Below are positions 18,309 through 27,832 of a DNA stretch of 64,000 bases, piece after piece; the first letter of the stretch is position 1, and each line of letters starts with the position of its first letter. The notes beneath the pieces are model-generated. The model did no database searches. It had not been told where the DNA came from and saw nothing but the letters and a program-made list of their open reading frames with translations. The position numbers and the translations under genes were made by a program. The DNA is from Candidatus Parcubacteria bacterium. GTDB taxonomy: Bacteria > Patescibacteriota > Minisyncoccia > Phycocordibacterales > Zambryskibacteraceae. Location of the stretch: positions 110,809 through 174,808 of the forward strand of contig JAIFWJ010000001.1 in the NCBI GenBank assembly GCA_019661865.1. Reading direction: 5' to 3'.

Positions 18309-20231
18309 CTAGCTGCTAGCTCCACTAGTATCATTGTTCTCGTCCTTAAAGTCTGCGTCTTTAACATCTGGATTTGTATTTTGTTGTGAATTGTCAGACG
18401 GTTGCTGTTTATTTAGGTATTCACCGATCTTCTGGATTTCTGCAGATAGAGCTTCTGTAGCACTTTTTATAGACTCAAGTGTGCCACTGTCCTTCTTTTT
18501 CCTTAGAGCTTCAATCTTCTGATTCACACCTGATTTGATGTCATCTGGAATGCTGGGAACGCCTGACTGCGCAGGCAGGTCCTTAAGAGCTTTTTCTGAT
18601 GTATATATGAGTTGTTCTGCATTATTCTTCGCATCGACAAGTGCTTTTTTCTTCTCGTCTTCTCCAGCATTCATTGCAGCTTCCTTCTGCATCTTATCAA
18701 TGTCTTCCTTAGAGAGACCAGAGCTCGCCTCTATGCGTATGGACTGCTCCTTGTTGGTGGTCTTGTCCTTGGCCTTCACGTTCAAGATACCGTTCGAGTC
18801 TACGTCGAATGTTACTTCTACTTGTGGCATGCCACGTGGTGCTGGAGGTATGCCGTCTAAGATAAATCTGCCTAAAGACTTATTATCTCCCGCCATGGCT
18901 CGCTCACCTTGGACAATATGGATCTCTACAGAAGTTTGGTTATCTCCTGCAGTAGAAAATGTTTGTGACTTGGCTGTTGGGATTGTGGAGTTCTTTTCAA
19001 TAAGCTTAGTGGCTACTCCACCAAGAGTTTCAATACCAAGTGAGAGAGGTATAACATCAAGAAGTAGAATGTCCTTCACATCACCAGCCAGCACTCCTCC
19101 CTGTACAGCGGCACCAAGAGCCACCACTTCATCAGGGTTAATGGACTTGTTGGGCTCCTTGCCGAAGAACTTCTTCACTGCATCTGCTATAGCTGGCATA
19201 CGTGTCTGACCTCCTACGAGCACTACTTCCTGAATTTCCCCAACTTGGAATGGTGATGCTTCCATGGCCCGCTTGGTGATAGACATAGCACGCTCGATGA
19301 ACTCACTTGAAAGCTCTTCAAGCTTGGCTCGAGAGAGTTTAAGAAGTAAGTGCCTTGGTCCCGATGCGTCGGAAGTTATATATGGAATATTTATTTCAGT
19401 CTCTGTAGCTGTAGAGAGTTCGATCTTGGCCTTCTCTGCAGCTTCATCGAGACGCTGAAGTGCCAGTGCATCACTACGCACATCTATGCCACTTTCTTTT
19501 TTAAACTCTTCTGCGATCCAACCGATAATCTTCTGATCAATATCTTTACCGCCTAAGTGGGAGTCGCCATCTGTGGAACGCACTTCTATGGACTGCTGAC
19601 CATCTACATCAGCAACTTCAAGTATGGAGATGTCGAAGGTACCTCCTCCGAAGTCAAATACTGCTATCTTCTCGTTCTTCTTTTTATTGAAACCATATGC
19701 AAGAGCTGCTGCTGTGGGCTCGTTTATAATACGCTTCACATCGAGACCTGCTATCTGTCCTGCATCCTTGGTGGCCTTTCTCTGCGCATCGTTAAAGTAT
19801 GCTGGCACAGTGATAACAGCCTCAGTGATCTTCTCACCTAGCTTGGCCTCTGCGTCGGTCTTAAGCTTCTGTAAGATCTGCGCCGAAATCTCTTCTGGTC
19901 TATAGTCTCTGTCCCCCATATGGACTAGTACACCTCCATCTGGTCCTGGCTTTACTTGGTATGGTACTGCAATAGTGTCCTTCTGTACTGCTGGATCGGA
20001 GAAACTATGTCCAATAAAACGCTTGATACCGAAGATTGTGTTCCTCGGGTTGGTCACTGCCTGACGCTTGGCTAGGAGTCCCACTAGGCGCTCACCAGTT
20101 TTAGAGACAGCCACAATAGAGGGAGTTGTGCGTGCTCCTTCTGCATTCTCAATGATGCGAGGACTACCCACTTCCATCACTGCCACTGCCGAGAAAGTTG
20201 TACCTAAATCGATACCAATTATTTTGGCCAT
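18309..20231 (-). CDS. dnaK: molecular chaperone DnaK (Hsp70)
   Basis: IGIDLGTT…, DLGGGTFD, and an acidic C-terminal tail. 640 aa. Confidence 0.97.
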   Translation of the reverse strand: MAKIIGIDLGTTFSAVAVMEVGSPRIIENAEGARTTPSIVAVSKTGERLVGLLAKRQAVTNPRNTIFGIKRFIGHSFSDPAVQKDTIAVPYQVKPGPDGGVLVHMGDRDYRPEEISAQILQKLKTDAEAKLGEKITEAVITVPAYFNDAQRKATKDAGQIAGLDVKRIINEPTAAALAYGFNKKKNEKIAVFDFGGGTFDISILEVADVDGQQSIEVRSTDGDSHLGGKDIDQKIIGWIAEEFKKESGIDVRSDALALQRLDEAAEKAKIELSTATETEINIPYITSDASGPRHLLLKLSRAKLEELSSEFIERAMSITKRAMEASPFQVGEIQEVVLVGGQTRMPAIADAVKKFFGKEPNKSINPDEVVALGAAVQGGVLAGDVKDILLLDVIPLSLGIETLGGVATKLIEKNSTIPTAKSQTFSTAGDNQTSVEIHIVQGERAMAGDNKSLGRFILDGIPPAPRGMPQVEVTFDVDSNGILNVKAKDKTTNKEQSIRIEASSGLSKEDIDKMQKEAAMNAGEDEKKKALVDAKNNAEQLIYTSEKALKDLPAQSGVPSIPDDIKSGVNQKIEALRKKKDSGTLESIKSATEALSAEIQKIGEYLNKQQPSDNSQQNTNPDVKDADFKDENNDTSGASS

Positions 20232-20237
20232 ATGAGT

Positions 20238-20789
20238 TTAGTTAGAGTTAATAAATTCCCCAATCCTTACCTTGGCAGGTCGGATTATTTTCCCAGATAG
20301 TATATAACCTTTACTTAGAACTTCAAGAACCTTGTGATCGTCATTCTTATTTTCTGTCGGAGTGGATCCAATTGCTTCATGCCTAGAGGGGTCAAATTTT
20401 TCGCCCTTCGGATCGAACTCTTCTAGTCCATGTTCTCTTAGCACTTTAATAAATTGATTATAAATTGGAAGTATATCTTTATGTCCATGTGTGAGTGCCA
20501 TATCGAAGCTGTCCAAGACTGGTACCAAGTCTTCTACTAAGCCTTCCACAGCATACTTCATGAAGTGGGCTCGGTCAGCCTCGTCGCGCCTACGAGCATT
20601 TATGAAGTCTGCTTGAGCTCGCTCATGTGATTCCCGGACTTCCTTGGCTGCCTTCTCCGCTTCCTTTACTCTCGCCCGGAGCTTCTTTATAGCCTCTAGC
20701 TGGTTCTCTTCTGCCACTACTGAGTCATCGAGATCGGCATGAGAGCTGTCGAATACAATGTCGTCTTCCTCTGCCATAGACCCATACAA
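20238..20789 (-). CDS. grpE: nucleotide exchange factor GrpE
   Basis: 183 aa. GrpE-like coiled-coil plus C-terminal domain. Sits immediately upstream of dnaK. Confidence 0.85.
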   Translation of the reverse strand: MYGSMAEEDDIVFDSSHADLDDSVVAEENQLEAIKKLRARVKEAEKAAKEVRESHERAQADFINARRRDEADRAHFMKYAVEGLVEDLVPVLDSFDMALTHGHKDILPIYNQFIKVLREHGLEEFDPKGEKFDPSRHEAIGSTPTENKNDDHKVLEVLSKGYILSGKIIRPAKVRIGEFINSN

Positions 20790-20874
20790 TAATGAAAATT
20801 AGGGCTTAAATCAAGAGCAGGATAACTTAACGTATTGACTTTATATATAAACCGTGCTAGGGTAGAAGTTAGAT

Positions 20875-21153
20875 ATGTTCACCCCAACCCGAGAGACAAT
20901 GACTTTCGAGGAAATCAAAAAGAAGGATGCGGAGCTACGTACAGAGTGGCACTGCGAGTACCCAGTACCACGAAAGAAGATCGAGGAAGCTCAAACTCTA
21001 GTGGCATTGGCGAAGTCCATGAAGCAGAACCTCACGGACAAGTCCGAGCTCTCTCTGCTCAGCCACATGGTCGCCAGATGGAACGTACGGCTCAAGAATC
21101 TTACGACTTCAGAGAGTTCACCGAGTTCCACCTTCATGCAAGTAGCAGGCTAA
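20875..21153 (+). CDS. hypothetical small protein (plus-strand orphan)
   Basis: 92-aa ORF followed by two tandem hairpin terminators. The alternative-frame ORF 20835..21212 looks less protein-like. Confidence 0.35.
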   Translation: MFTPTRETMTFEEIKKKDAELRTEWHCEYPVPRKKIEEAQTLVALAKSMKQNLTDKSELSLLSHMVARWNVRLKNLTTSESSPSSTFMQVAG

Positions 21154-21174
21154 CAAGCCTTCTACTTCTACACC

Positions 21175-21200
21175 GACCGCGCTACACACCAGTGTGCGCG
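21175..21200 (+). terminator. rho-independent terminator (CCGCGC…GCGCGG + TTTT)
   Basis: Hairpin followed by a T-run, downstream of the plus-strand orphan ORF. Confidence 0.5.
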
Positions 21201-21212
21201 GTTTTAGTTTGA

Positions 21213-21238
21213 AAAATCGGCCTCGGCCGATTTTTTTA
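21213..21238. terminator. bidirectional terminator (AAAAATCGGCC-TC-GGCCGATTTTT)
   Basis: Perfect 11-bp stem flanked by A-runs and T-runs on both sides. Sits just after the rpsI stop on the minus strand. Confidence 0.65.
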
Positions 21239-21634
21239 TCTCTTGCTCCACTGTGGAGCCTTGCGGGCTTTCTTCAGACCGAACTTGCGACGTTCCTTAG
21301 CGCGGGGGTCACGCTTTAAGAGACCCTTAACCTTAAGTTTCCTACGGAGTTCGCTATCATACTCGACGAGTGCACGTGCAATACCGTGACGAACTGCACC
21401 TGCTTGAGATGAGATACCACCTCCCTCTGCTTTAACTGTTACTGAGAACTTCTGAGTAAGTTCGGCTGTATCAAATGCTGAAGTGACTGAACGACGGAGT
21501 TCAGGAGTTGGGAAATAAGTGTCGAAGTCTTTCTCATTTATGGAAATGTGGAGTTTAGAAGCAGGAGTAATACGCACGCGCGCTATGCTGGTCTTTCTTC
21601 TTCCTGTTGCTTCGATGTATTTAGTCTCTGCCAT
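21236..21634 (-). CDS. rpsI: 30S ribosomal protein S9
   Basis: 132 aa. C-terminal …RKFGLKKARKAPQWSKR. Confidence 0.95.
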   Translation of the reverse strand: MAETKYIEATGRRKTSIARVRITPASKLHISINEKDFDTYFPTPELRRSVTSAFDTAELTQKFSVTVKAEGGGISSQAGAVRHGIARALVEYDSELRRKLKVKGLLKRDPRAKERRKFGLKKARKAPQWSKR

Positions 21635-21638
21635 GAAT

Positions 21639-21986
21639 TTAATCTTTAATAGTTAAATTCTTTATCATTCTGGCACGGAGTTTATTCTTCGGAAGCATGC
21701 CCATGACAGCTTTCCTTAGTACTTCCTTGGCTCCCTTCTTCTCGACCACTTGTTCTACCGAAAGGGTCTTAAGAGAGCCTGGGTAGCCTGAGTGACGAGA
21801 GTAGGTCTTACCGGTTCGCTTTTTCTCACTGATAGAAAGCTTGGATGCATTGGTAACCTCGACAGAGATGTCAGGTATATCATTACGTACATAATCAGTG
21901 CGGTTCTTACCCATAAGAAGCACGGCCACCTCTGTGGCGAGGCGTCCTGGTCTCTTATTCGTAGCGTCTAAAGTAACTTTTTGCAT
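21639..21986 (-). CDS. rplM: 50S ribosomal protein L13
   Basis: 115 aa. L13-like sequence immediately upstream of rpsI. Confidence 0.9.
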   Translation of the reverse strand: MQKVTLDATNKRPGRLATEVAVLLMGKNRTDYVRNDIPDISVEVTNASKLSISEKKRTGKTYSRHSGYPGSLKTLSVEQVVEKKGAKEVLRKAVMGMLPKNKLRARMIKNLTIKD

Positions 21987-21990
21987 AATT

Positions 21991-22338
21991 TTATACGAAC
22001 TCTATTACGGCCATAGGAGCGCCGTCTGATGCTCTGCGTACAAGCTTGGTGATGCGTGTGTATCCACCAGCTCTCTCCTTGTAGGTGGGAGCTATATTAA
22101 CATAAGCGCGTTTAGCTGCCATCTTACCCACACGTGCTTCCAGTAAACGGCGAGCTGCTGGCGTCTGCTTCTTGGCAAGGGTAACTAACTTCTCGGTGTA
22201 AGGACGGAGTTCCTTGGCCTTGGCCTCAGTAGTCTTAATCTTACCTTTAGTGATGAGTGAGTGCGCCAAGGACTTCAAGAGAGCTTTTCTCTGGCTTCTT
22301 TCACGACCGAACTTTCTGTTAGCGTTATGATGGCGCAT
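21991..22338 (-). CDS. rplQ: 50S ribosomal protein L17
   Basis: Starts at internal MRHHNANRKFGR. The longer ORF start at 22407 would overlap rpoA. Confidence 0.9.
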   Translation of the reverse strand: MRHHNANRKFGRERSQRKALLKSLAHSLITKGKIKTTEAKAKELRPYTEKLVTLAKKQTPAARRLLEARVGKMAAKRAYVNIAPTYKERAGGYTRITKLVRRASDGAPMAVIEFV

Positions 22339-22342
22339 AAGT

Positions 22343-23302
22343 TTATTTAAGAGTAATGCCGAACTCTCCAAGAGCTTTCTTGATCTCCTGGATACCCTTG
22401 GCACCAAGACCTTCTATAGTGAGAAGATCCTTCTCCTTCTTCCTAGCTAGACCTCCGACAGTGCGGATGTTCGCATTAGCTAAAGCATTTTGAGTTCTAG
22501 CTGAGATATCAAGCGACTCAACACGGGTCTTAAGAACTTCAGGATCAATCTCTGTTCTTGAGTTGTTGGATTCCTCTGTGTGAGACTCTTCTACTACTGG
22601 AGCCTCTTCCTCCTTGAAGCCCACGATTGCCTTAAGCTGGTTAATCATGATCTCTATCGACTGAGTTAAAGCTTCAGTAGGAGTGATGGTGCCGTCGGTC
22701 TCTATAGCAATCTTAAGTTTGTTGAAGTCTGTTCTGTCACCTACGCGCATGTTTTCTACTTCGTAACTTGCACGACGGATAGGGGTGAAGCTTGCATCGA
22801 GTGCATATGTTCCAACTTCTACTCTGTCTTTCTGAAGAGCCTCCTTAGATACAAGACCAATACCTCGCTCAGCCTTTATCTCCATCTCAAGCGTAGTGTT
22901 CTTACCAGTAATAGTAGCAATATGCTGCTCTGGGTTAGCGATGGTAACCTGGCCTGGGATTTCTAAGTCTGAAGCTTTAACCTCTCTTTCTCCTTTAATC
23001 TTGAGAGTTAGTATCTGAGGCTCATCTGTGGTGAAGCGCATACGAATTTTCTTCAAGTTCAAGAGAATAGTGATGACGTCCTCCTTAATACCATCAATGG
23101 TCGAAAACTCGTGAGTAACTCCTGGGATCTTCACAGAAGTAATAGCTACACCAGGAAGTGAGGAAAGAATGATTCGACGAAGAGAGTTACCTAGAGTGTG
23201 TCCGTAACCGGGGTAAAGTCCCTCGATCTCGTAGACACCGCTCGTAGCCTCGTCTGTGACGATCTTTGGCTTCGAAGGAAGGATGATTGTGTAATCTGCC
23301 AT
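22343..23302 (-). CDS. rpoA: DNA-directed RNA polymerase subunit alpha
   Basis: 319 aa. N-terminal dimerisation domain and C-terminal HhH domain. Lies between rpsD and rplQ. Confidence 0.95.
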   Translation of the reverse strand: MADYTIILPSKPKIVTDEATSGVYEIEGLYPGYGHTLGNSLRRIILSSLPGVAITSVKIPGVTHEFSTIDGIKEDVITILLNLKKIRMRFTTDEPQILTLKIKGEREVKASDLEIPGQVTIANPEQHIATITGKNTTLEMEIKAERGIGLVSKEALQKDRVEVGTYALDASFTPIRRASYEVENMRVGDRTDFNKLKIAIETDGTITPTEALTQSIEIMINQLKAIVGFKEEEAPVVEESHTEESNNSRTEIDPEVLKTRVESLDISARTQNALANANIRTVGGLARKKEKDLLTIEGLGAKGIQEIKKALGEFGITLK

Positions 23303-23322
23303 AAAAATTAAATTATTTTTTG

Positions 23323-23925
23323 TTATCTACTATAAAATTCGAGCACTGCTCCCAGATCGAATACGTGCTCTGACTGCACGTAGGCTGGCAATCCCACCAC
23401 ACGTACACGCTTACCGGGCTCTACCTGAAGCCAGGCAGGAACAGTAACTTGGTTCTGTCTCTCCACGACTTCAGCGAACAAAGGACTGGCTTGGCTTCCC
23501 TCTCGCACCGAGACTTCATCTCCAATGCGAAGGTGCATTGAAGGTATGGTCACGCGGCGGCCATTCACCACTCCATGACCGTGGGCGGCCATCTGGCGAG
23601 CAGCAGCACGAGTCTTGGCGAAACCAGAGCGGTAGAGAATGTTATCAAGGCGAAGTTCAAGTGCACGGAAGAGTTTCTGAGTAGGCTCAGGAGAGTTTAC
23701 TGTTGACTTCACATAAGTTTTAAACTGTCTTTCGGCAAGACCGTAAGTGAGACGAGCCTTCTGCTTTTCTATAAGTTGCTTACCGAACTCTGACTTGGGT
23801 CTCTGTGGAACCATGCCGTTCTTTTCCTTGCGAGAATATGAAAGTGCGTATTTCTGAGTTTGAGTTTTCTCAAATATTGGAGCACCGAGTCTGCGAGCAA
23901 TTTTATATTTTGGTCCGATTTTCAT
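23323..23925 (-). CDS. rpsD: 30S ribosomal protein S4
   Basis: 200 aa. S4 N-terminus with S4 RNA-binding domain. Confidence 0.95.
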   Translation of the reverse strand: MKIGPKYKIARRLGAPIFEKTQTQKYALSYSRKEKNGMVPQRPKSEFGKQLIEKQKARLTYGLAERQFKTYVKSTVNSPEPTQKLFRALELRLDNILYRSGFAKTRAAARQMAAHGHGVVNGRRVTIPSMHLRIGDEVSVREGSQASPLFAEVVERQNQVTVPAWLQVEPGKRVRVVGLPAYVQSEHVFDLGAVLEFYSR

Positions 23926-23942
23926 AAGTTATTATATTTAAA

Positions 23943-24377
23943 TTATGCACGACGAGGCTTAGGTGCTTTGGTTCCGTTGTGAGGAACTGGAGTTCTGTCT
24001 TGGATAGAGACAAGGTTAATGCCTTTAGATATAAATCCTCTGATAGCTGATTCTCTACCAGACCCTACGCCCTTCACCACTACCTTCACTTCCTTAACAC
24101 CGAACTGTTGGGCTTTCTCACCTATGACTTCTCCGATCTTGGCAGCTGCAAATGGAGTTCCCTTCTTAGCGCCCTTAAAGCCGAGTGCTCCTGAGGTAGA
24201 CCAGGCCAGTACGCCACCCTTGGAGTCAGCTAAGACAAGCTTAGTATTATTGTATGTGGATTCAACATTTAAAATACCTGACTCAACGCGCTTCTTAGAG
24301 CTTGATCTTGAAGTAGCCTCAGCCGGCTTCTGAGTCTCGTTTTCTCCCTCTGTCTTTACTATGCGTTTCTTACCCAT
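23943..24377 (-). CDS. rpsK: 30S ribosomal protein S11
   Basis: 144 aa. S11 core …AKKGTPFAAA…. Confidence 0.95.
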   Translation of the reverse strand: MGKKRIVKTEGENETQKPAEATSRSSSKKRVESGILNVESTYNNTKLVLADSKGGVLAWSTSGALGFKGAKKGTPFAAAKIGEVIGEKAQQFGVKEVKVVVKGVGSGRESAIRGFISKGINLVSIQDRTPVPHNGTKAPKPRRA

Positions 24378-24406
24378 TGTTTATATTGTTTATATAAGGT
24401 CATGAA

Positions 24407-24787
24407 CTATGTCTTCTCAACTATCTTGCGGCCGGTACCCATGGTCTTACGGACGTTACCGCGACGAGTGCGAGAATTGGTCTTGGTTCTCTGACCTCTG
24501 ACTGGAAGCCCTCTCTGGTGTCTTATCCCTCGGTAGGCCTTAATATCCTTGAGACGTTTAACATTGGCAGCTACCTCACGCTTGAGGTCACCCTCGAGAG
24601 TTAGAGACTCAATAATAGAGCGGATCTTGTTCTCAGACTCTACGCTGATGCTCTTAGGGCGGAGAGAGGGGTCAATCTTGGCTTCCTTAAGGATACTTGT
24701 TGCGCGGGAACGACCAATACCATAAATGACGGTTAGGCCGATATCAATACGCTTCTCCTCTGGGATAGTTATACCTAGTATTCTCAT
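24407..24787 (-). CDS. rpsM: 30S ribosomal protein S13
   Basis: 126 aa. MRILGITIP… start. Confidence 0.95.
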   Translation of the reverse strand: MRILGITIPEEKRIDIGLTVIYGIGRSRATSILKEAKIDPSLRPKSISVESENKIRSIIESLTLEGDLKREVAANVKRLKDIKAYRGIRHQRGLPVRGQRTKTNSRTRRGNVRKTMGTGRKIVEKT

Positions 24788-24789
24788 TA

Positions 24790-24906
24790 TTAACCTTGCC
24801 TCTGTTTATGGCGTGGATTAGCGCTACAGACCACATATACATACCCCTTGCGCCTTACAATTTGGCACTTGGAGCACATCTTTTTTACCGACGCCTTTAC
24901 TTTCAT
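24790..24906 (-). CDS. rpmJ: 50S ribosomal protein L36
   Basis: Not in the ORF track (38 aa). Reverse-complement translation gives [38 protein letters not shown]. Confidence 0.9.
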   Translation of the reverse strand: MKVKASVKKMCSKCQIVRRKGYVYVVCSANPRHKQRQG

Positions 24907-24917
24907 AGAGAGATAAT

Positions 24918-24945
24918 ATTGTAACCGAGCTTCAAATTTTGTCAA
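24918..24945 (-). promoter_or_regulatory. internal sigma70-like promoter (TTGACA-16-TACAAT) immediately upstream of rpmJ
   Basis: Minus strand -35 at 24940..24945 and -10 at 24918..24923. The ATG of rpmJ is only ~11 nt downstream of the -10, giving a very short leader. Confidence 0.45.
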
Positions 24946-24978
24946 CACGAGACTATCCAAGACCCCTTATTCTGGGGC

Positions 24979-25194
24979 CTATAGGCGCTTCACTATTCTG
25001 GCCTTCCCTCCGTAGGGCTCGAGCTCGAGTTGTACTCTATCTCCCACCAGAACTCTTATGCGGTGGAGTCTCATCTTACCAGAAAGGTACGACAAAAGCT
25101 CACCCTCTTCATTGTCGAGTCTTACTTTGAACATAATATTAGGTAGCGCTTCAGTAACTACCCCGGTGCGCTCCAGGTCTTTATTCTGTGGCAT
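24979..25194 (-). CDS. infA: translation initiation factor IF-1
   Basis: 71 aa. S1-like OB fold (…GKMRLHRIRVLVGDRV…). Confidence 0.9.
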   Translation of the reverse strand: MPQNKDLERTGVVTEALPNIMFKVRLDNEEGELLSYLSGKMRLHRIRVLVGDRVQLELEPYGGKARIVKRL

Positions 25195-26596
25195 TCGTCT
25201 CTACAATCTTAATCTTTGTTGGATCACTTGGGAAGGTGTTACGCCAGAAAGGCTTAATACTTGCGCTTCCAGTCACAACGCTAGGATAATTTTTTAGGAT
25301 AGTTACAAAATCAGTTTTAGGCTTGCCAGCCAAGTCAGAAGCAAGTGCCGACTCATCGGTCTTCCACTCTACCTTAGCAGAACCAGAAACTTGGAAACTA
25401 ATATTTTCTGTCGTTTGGAGATTGGCTTGTGATGAACTAGCCAGAGTAAATGTAAGTGAAGTGTAGTCTGGGATCACCACGGTCTGTCCAGCTTGACTGC
25501 CCAGCTTCTTCTCTGTGAGACTTCTGTCCAAGTCAGTTTTCTTAAATGCCACTCCATATAAATCTCCTTTTTCTGTAATTAAGGCCTGTGAACTTGAACC
25601 TGCTTGAGTAGGCACGACTTCGAAACTCATTTTAGCTAGACTCGGGATAAGTACATAGTCCTCTGGCACTTGAGCCTTAGCTTGAGTTGAGAGATCATTC
25701 TTAATCTGAGCTTCTAGAGTAGTTTTAGCACGCTGTACATCTGCTGCACTGGCTTTCTTTATCGTACCGACGAAACCGCCTGTAATCGGAGTCTTCGACC
25801 TGCCATACATAGCAGTGAACCTAGGATCGCCCTTAAGTCCAGGAATAGTAAAGTCTGTCGGAGAAATATTGTATGTATCACCTGGTTGATCTGCTACTAC
25901 GGTTACTTCAAGTGAGCCAGGTTCACTGCCGTTCGGAGTTTGCTTCTTCCCTGGGACAGTTATATCTGATTGAATTCTATAAATCTTACCATCGGTTGTC
26001 TCGAAGCGAGTGTTGGTGATAAGTTTTTGAGGATCAGCACTGAAGTCATTGTAGACAACGAGAATGCCTGAAGCCTTTTGAGATACTTGTTCTTCTCCAG
26101 AAGCTGGAGCAGTAGTATTCTTTTGTGAACTGAGTTTAACGATACTAAATAATAGATTTCCTTGAGTCTTAGAAGCAGAGAATGAGTCGTTCGAGAGTGT
26201 TAACACCGATGTCTTCGGCACGTATGTGAGTGTCGCACCTGAAAGCAGGGTGAAGATAACCCCAAGAGCGATGAAAATAGCTATAACTCCTAAAGAAATC
26301 CAGACACCCCTTCGAGATTTCTTGCGAGACTCTCGAGGTTCTACATATTCTGTCTCACGCGAGGTTGGCACACTCGACCCATAGGCTTGATCTGAGCGAT
26401 ACTCAGGTATAGCTGTGCTTCGAGGTCCTTCATTTACTCTCACAGACTCACGAGGTGGTAGATCCATCCTCTGTGGCGGAGCGATGTCTCGAGGGCCGTT
26501 TAATATATTTATATTTTTTCTTCTGCTTTCTGGTATGGGTATATCTCTTATAGAGCGACGTTCTGGAGGGGTAATATCTTCAATGTTCTTTGCCAT
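25181..26596 (-). CDS. hypothetical single-pass membrane protein with large extracytoplasmic S/T/Q-rich domain
   Basis: About 95-aa basic, proline-rich cytoplasmic N-terminus, one TM (WISLGVIAIFIALGVIFTLL), ~350-aa outside domain. No family motif recognised. Confidence 0.5.
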   Translation of the reverse strand: MAKNIEDITPPERRSIRDIPIPESRRKNINILNGPRDIAPPQRMDLPPRESVRVNEGPRSTAIPEYRSDQAYGSSVPTSRETEYVEPRESRKKSRRGVWISLGVIAIFIALGVIFTLLSGATLTYVPKTSVLTLSNDSFSASKTQGNLLFSIVKLSSQKNTTAPASGEEQVSQKASGILVVYNDFSADPQKLITNTRFETTDGKIYRIQSDITVPGKKQTPNGSEPGSLEVTVVADQPGDTYNISPTDFTIPGLKGDPRFTAMYGRSKTPITGGFVGTIKKASAADVQRAKTTLEAQIKNDLSTQAKAQVPEDYVLIPSLAKMSFEVVPTQAGSSSQALITEKGDLYGVAFKKTDLDRSLTEKKLGSQAGQTVVIPDYTSLTFTLASSSQANLQTTENISFQVSGSAKVEWKTDESALASDLAGKPKTDFVTILKNYPSVVTGSASIKPFWRNTFPSDPTKIKIVETNATE

Positions 26597-26648
26597 TTGA
26601 TAATTTTACTAGACTTTTCCCTTAAGGCAATGTGGAAACTGGGTCTAG

Positions 26649-27818
26649 TTAGAATATTGACTTTAAATAAGCGATTATTATGTTAAGTGCATCGTCTCTC
26701 CTGCCGCCGCTAGCCGTCTTTACCAGCTCATCAGTAAATTTGTTATCCTCACCTATAAGTGTTACTCCTCCAGGTACCACTGACTCAAGAAGCACTTTAC
26801 CAAGCTCTGTGTGGGATCTTCCAGAAACTAGGAATACGTTCTGGGGCAAGTTACCGAGCTTAGTAGCCTTCACTACACTTGCCTCCCACATTTTCTTCCA
26901 CTCATCCTCTCCACTTTGTAATATTTTATTCAGAGCCTCTCTGGTTGCATCATCCAGGCTATTAGATGCAAAGAGGGCTAGGTATGAGTACGCTAGAGTC
27001 AGAGGGATGTTCATCTTATCCTTTATTAGACGGGCCACTGTGGTCGATCCGAATGGCAAGATAAAATTTTCTGCTGGAAAATCTTTATGGATTAAGAACA
27101 CGTCCGTAGTCTCGTGGCTCATGTCTACCAGGAGTGCAGTATGAGTATTCTTGAAGCTCCTGGTCAAGACATTCCAGAACGTAAACATGAATCCTTGAAT
27201 ATGAAAACCACGCCTTATGCCGAAGGATCTTATGACCTCCTCCTCAACTCTCTTTATCAAGTGTCTCTCCGCAGCCGACATATGGATGCTAACTTCTGCA
27301 GATTTAGTGTACTTAGAAATGGGAAGGGATGCCTCGTAGCCATTTAATCTTATGTTGGCTACTTGAGATTCGAACACTTCACACTCGGACTGATATGCGT
27401 TCTTAAGATCTTTCTTAAACTGCTCCTCTTCTTTACTTATGACCTCATCCACCATGCGTTTATCGAGAAGAAATTCTTTATCCTTACTTACAGTTACAGG
27501 TTTAAGTCTCGAGAGTATCCAAGGTGAAGAAAGTATGACACTTACATACTCGAAGTGTGGAGAGAGCTTCCTTCTACTCAGGGTAGTTAAACCATCTTTC
27601 GACACCAGAGAGAAAACGTCTCTTATAGTGCGAAGCATCTTAGCTTCTAAATTTTCAAAGGCGGGTTCTTCTTCTAGAAAGAATGCCAGACGAGCGTTAG
27701 AAATAATTTCTGGAAGGCTCCCGTGCCTGAAGTGGACAATAGCCGCTCCCACACTTCCGGAGGTTAAGTGAAGAACAAGAACAGTTCGATCATTCTGTTT
27801 CGAAGATCCAAACAACAT
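26649..27818 (-). CDS. actin-fold (ASKHA) ATPase-like protein, FtsA/PilM/MreB-type, with degenerate phosphate-2 loop
   Basis: N-terminal phosphate-1-like VLVLHLTSGSVGAAIV. VDMSHETTDVFLI aligns to the DIGGGTTD motif but has lost the glycines. Confidence 0.4.
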   Translation of the reverse strand: MLFGSSKQNDRTVLVLHLTSGSVGAAIVHFRHGSLPEIISNARLAFFLEEEPAFENLEAKMLRTIRDVFSLVSKDGLTTLSRRKLSPHFEYVSVILSSPWILSRLKPVTVSKDKEFLLDKRMVDEVISKEEEQFKKDLKNAYQSECEVFESQVANIRLNGYEASLPISKYTKSAEVSIHMSAAERHLIKRVEEEVIRSFGIRRGFHIQGFMFTFWNVLTRSFKNTHTALLVDMSHETTDVFLIHKDFPAENFILPFGSTTVARLIKDKMNIPLTLAYSYLALFASNSLDDATREALNKILQSGEDEWKKMWEASVVKATKLGNLPQNVFLVSGRSHTELGKVLLESVVPGGVTLIGEDNKFTDELVKTASGGRRDDALNIIIAYLKSIF

Positions 27819-27832
27819 ACATTCATTGTACC

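Noticed and set aside
20790-20874. Search for a CIRCE/HrcA operator (TTAGCACTC-N9-GAGTGCTAA) upstream of grpE-dnaK-dnaJ
   Set aside because: No such inverted repeat is present. TTAGCACT near 11405 has a wrong spacer and partner and is not near the chaperone operon.
20835-21212. 125-aa plus ORF overlapping the 92-aa ORF in another frame
   Set aside because: Its translation is compositionally odd (R/S/P-rich). The 92-aa frame is more protein-like, though itself uncertain.
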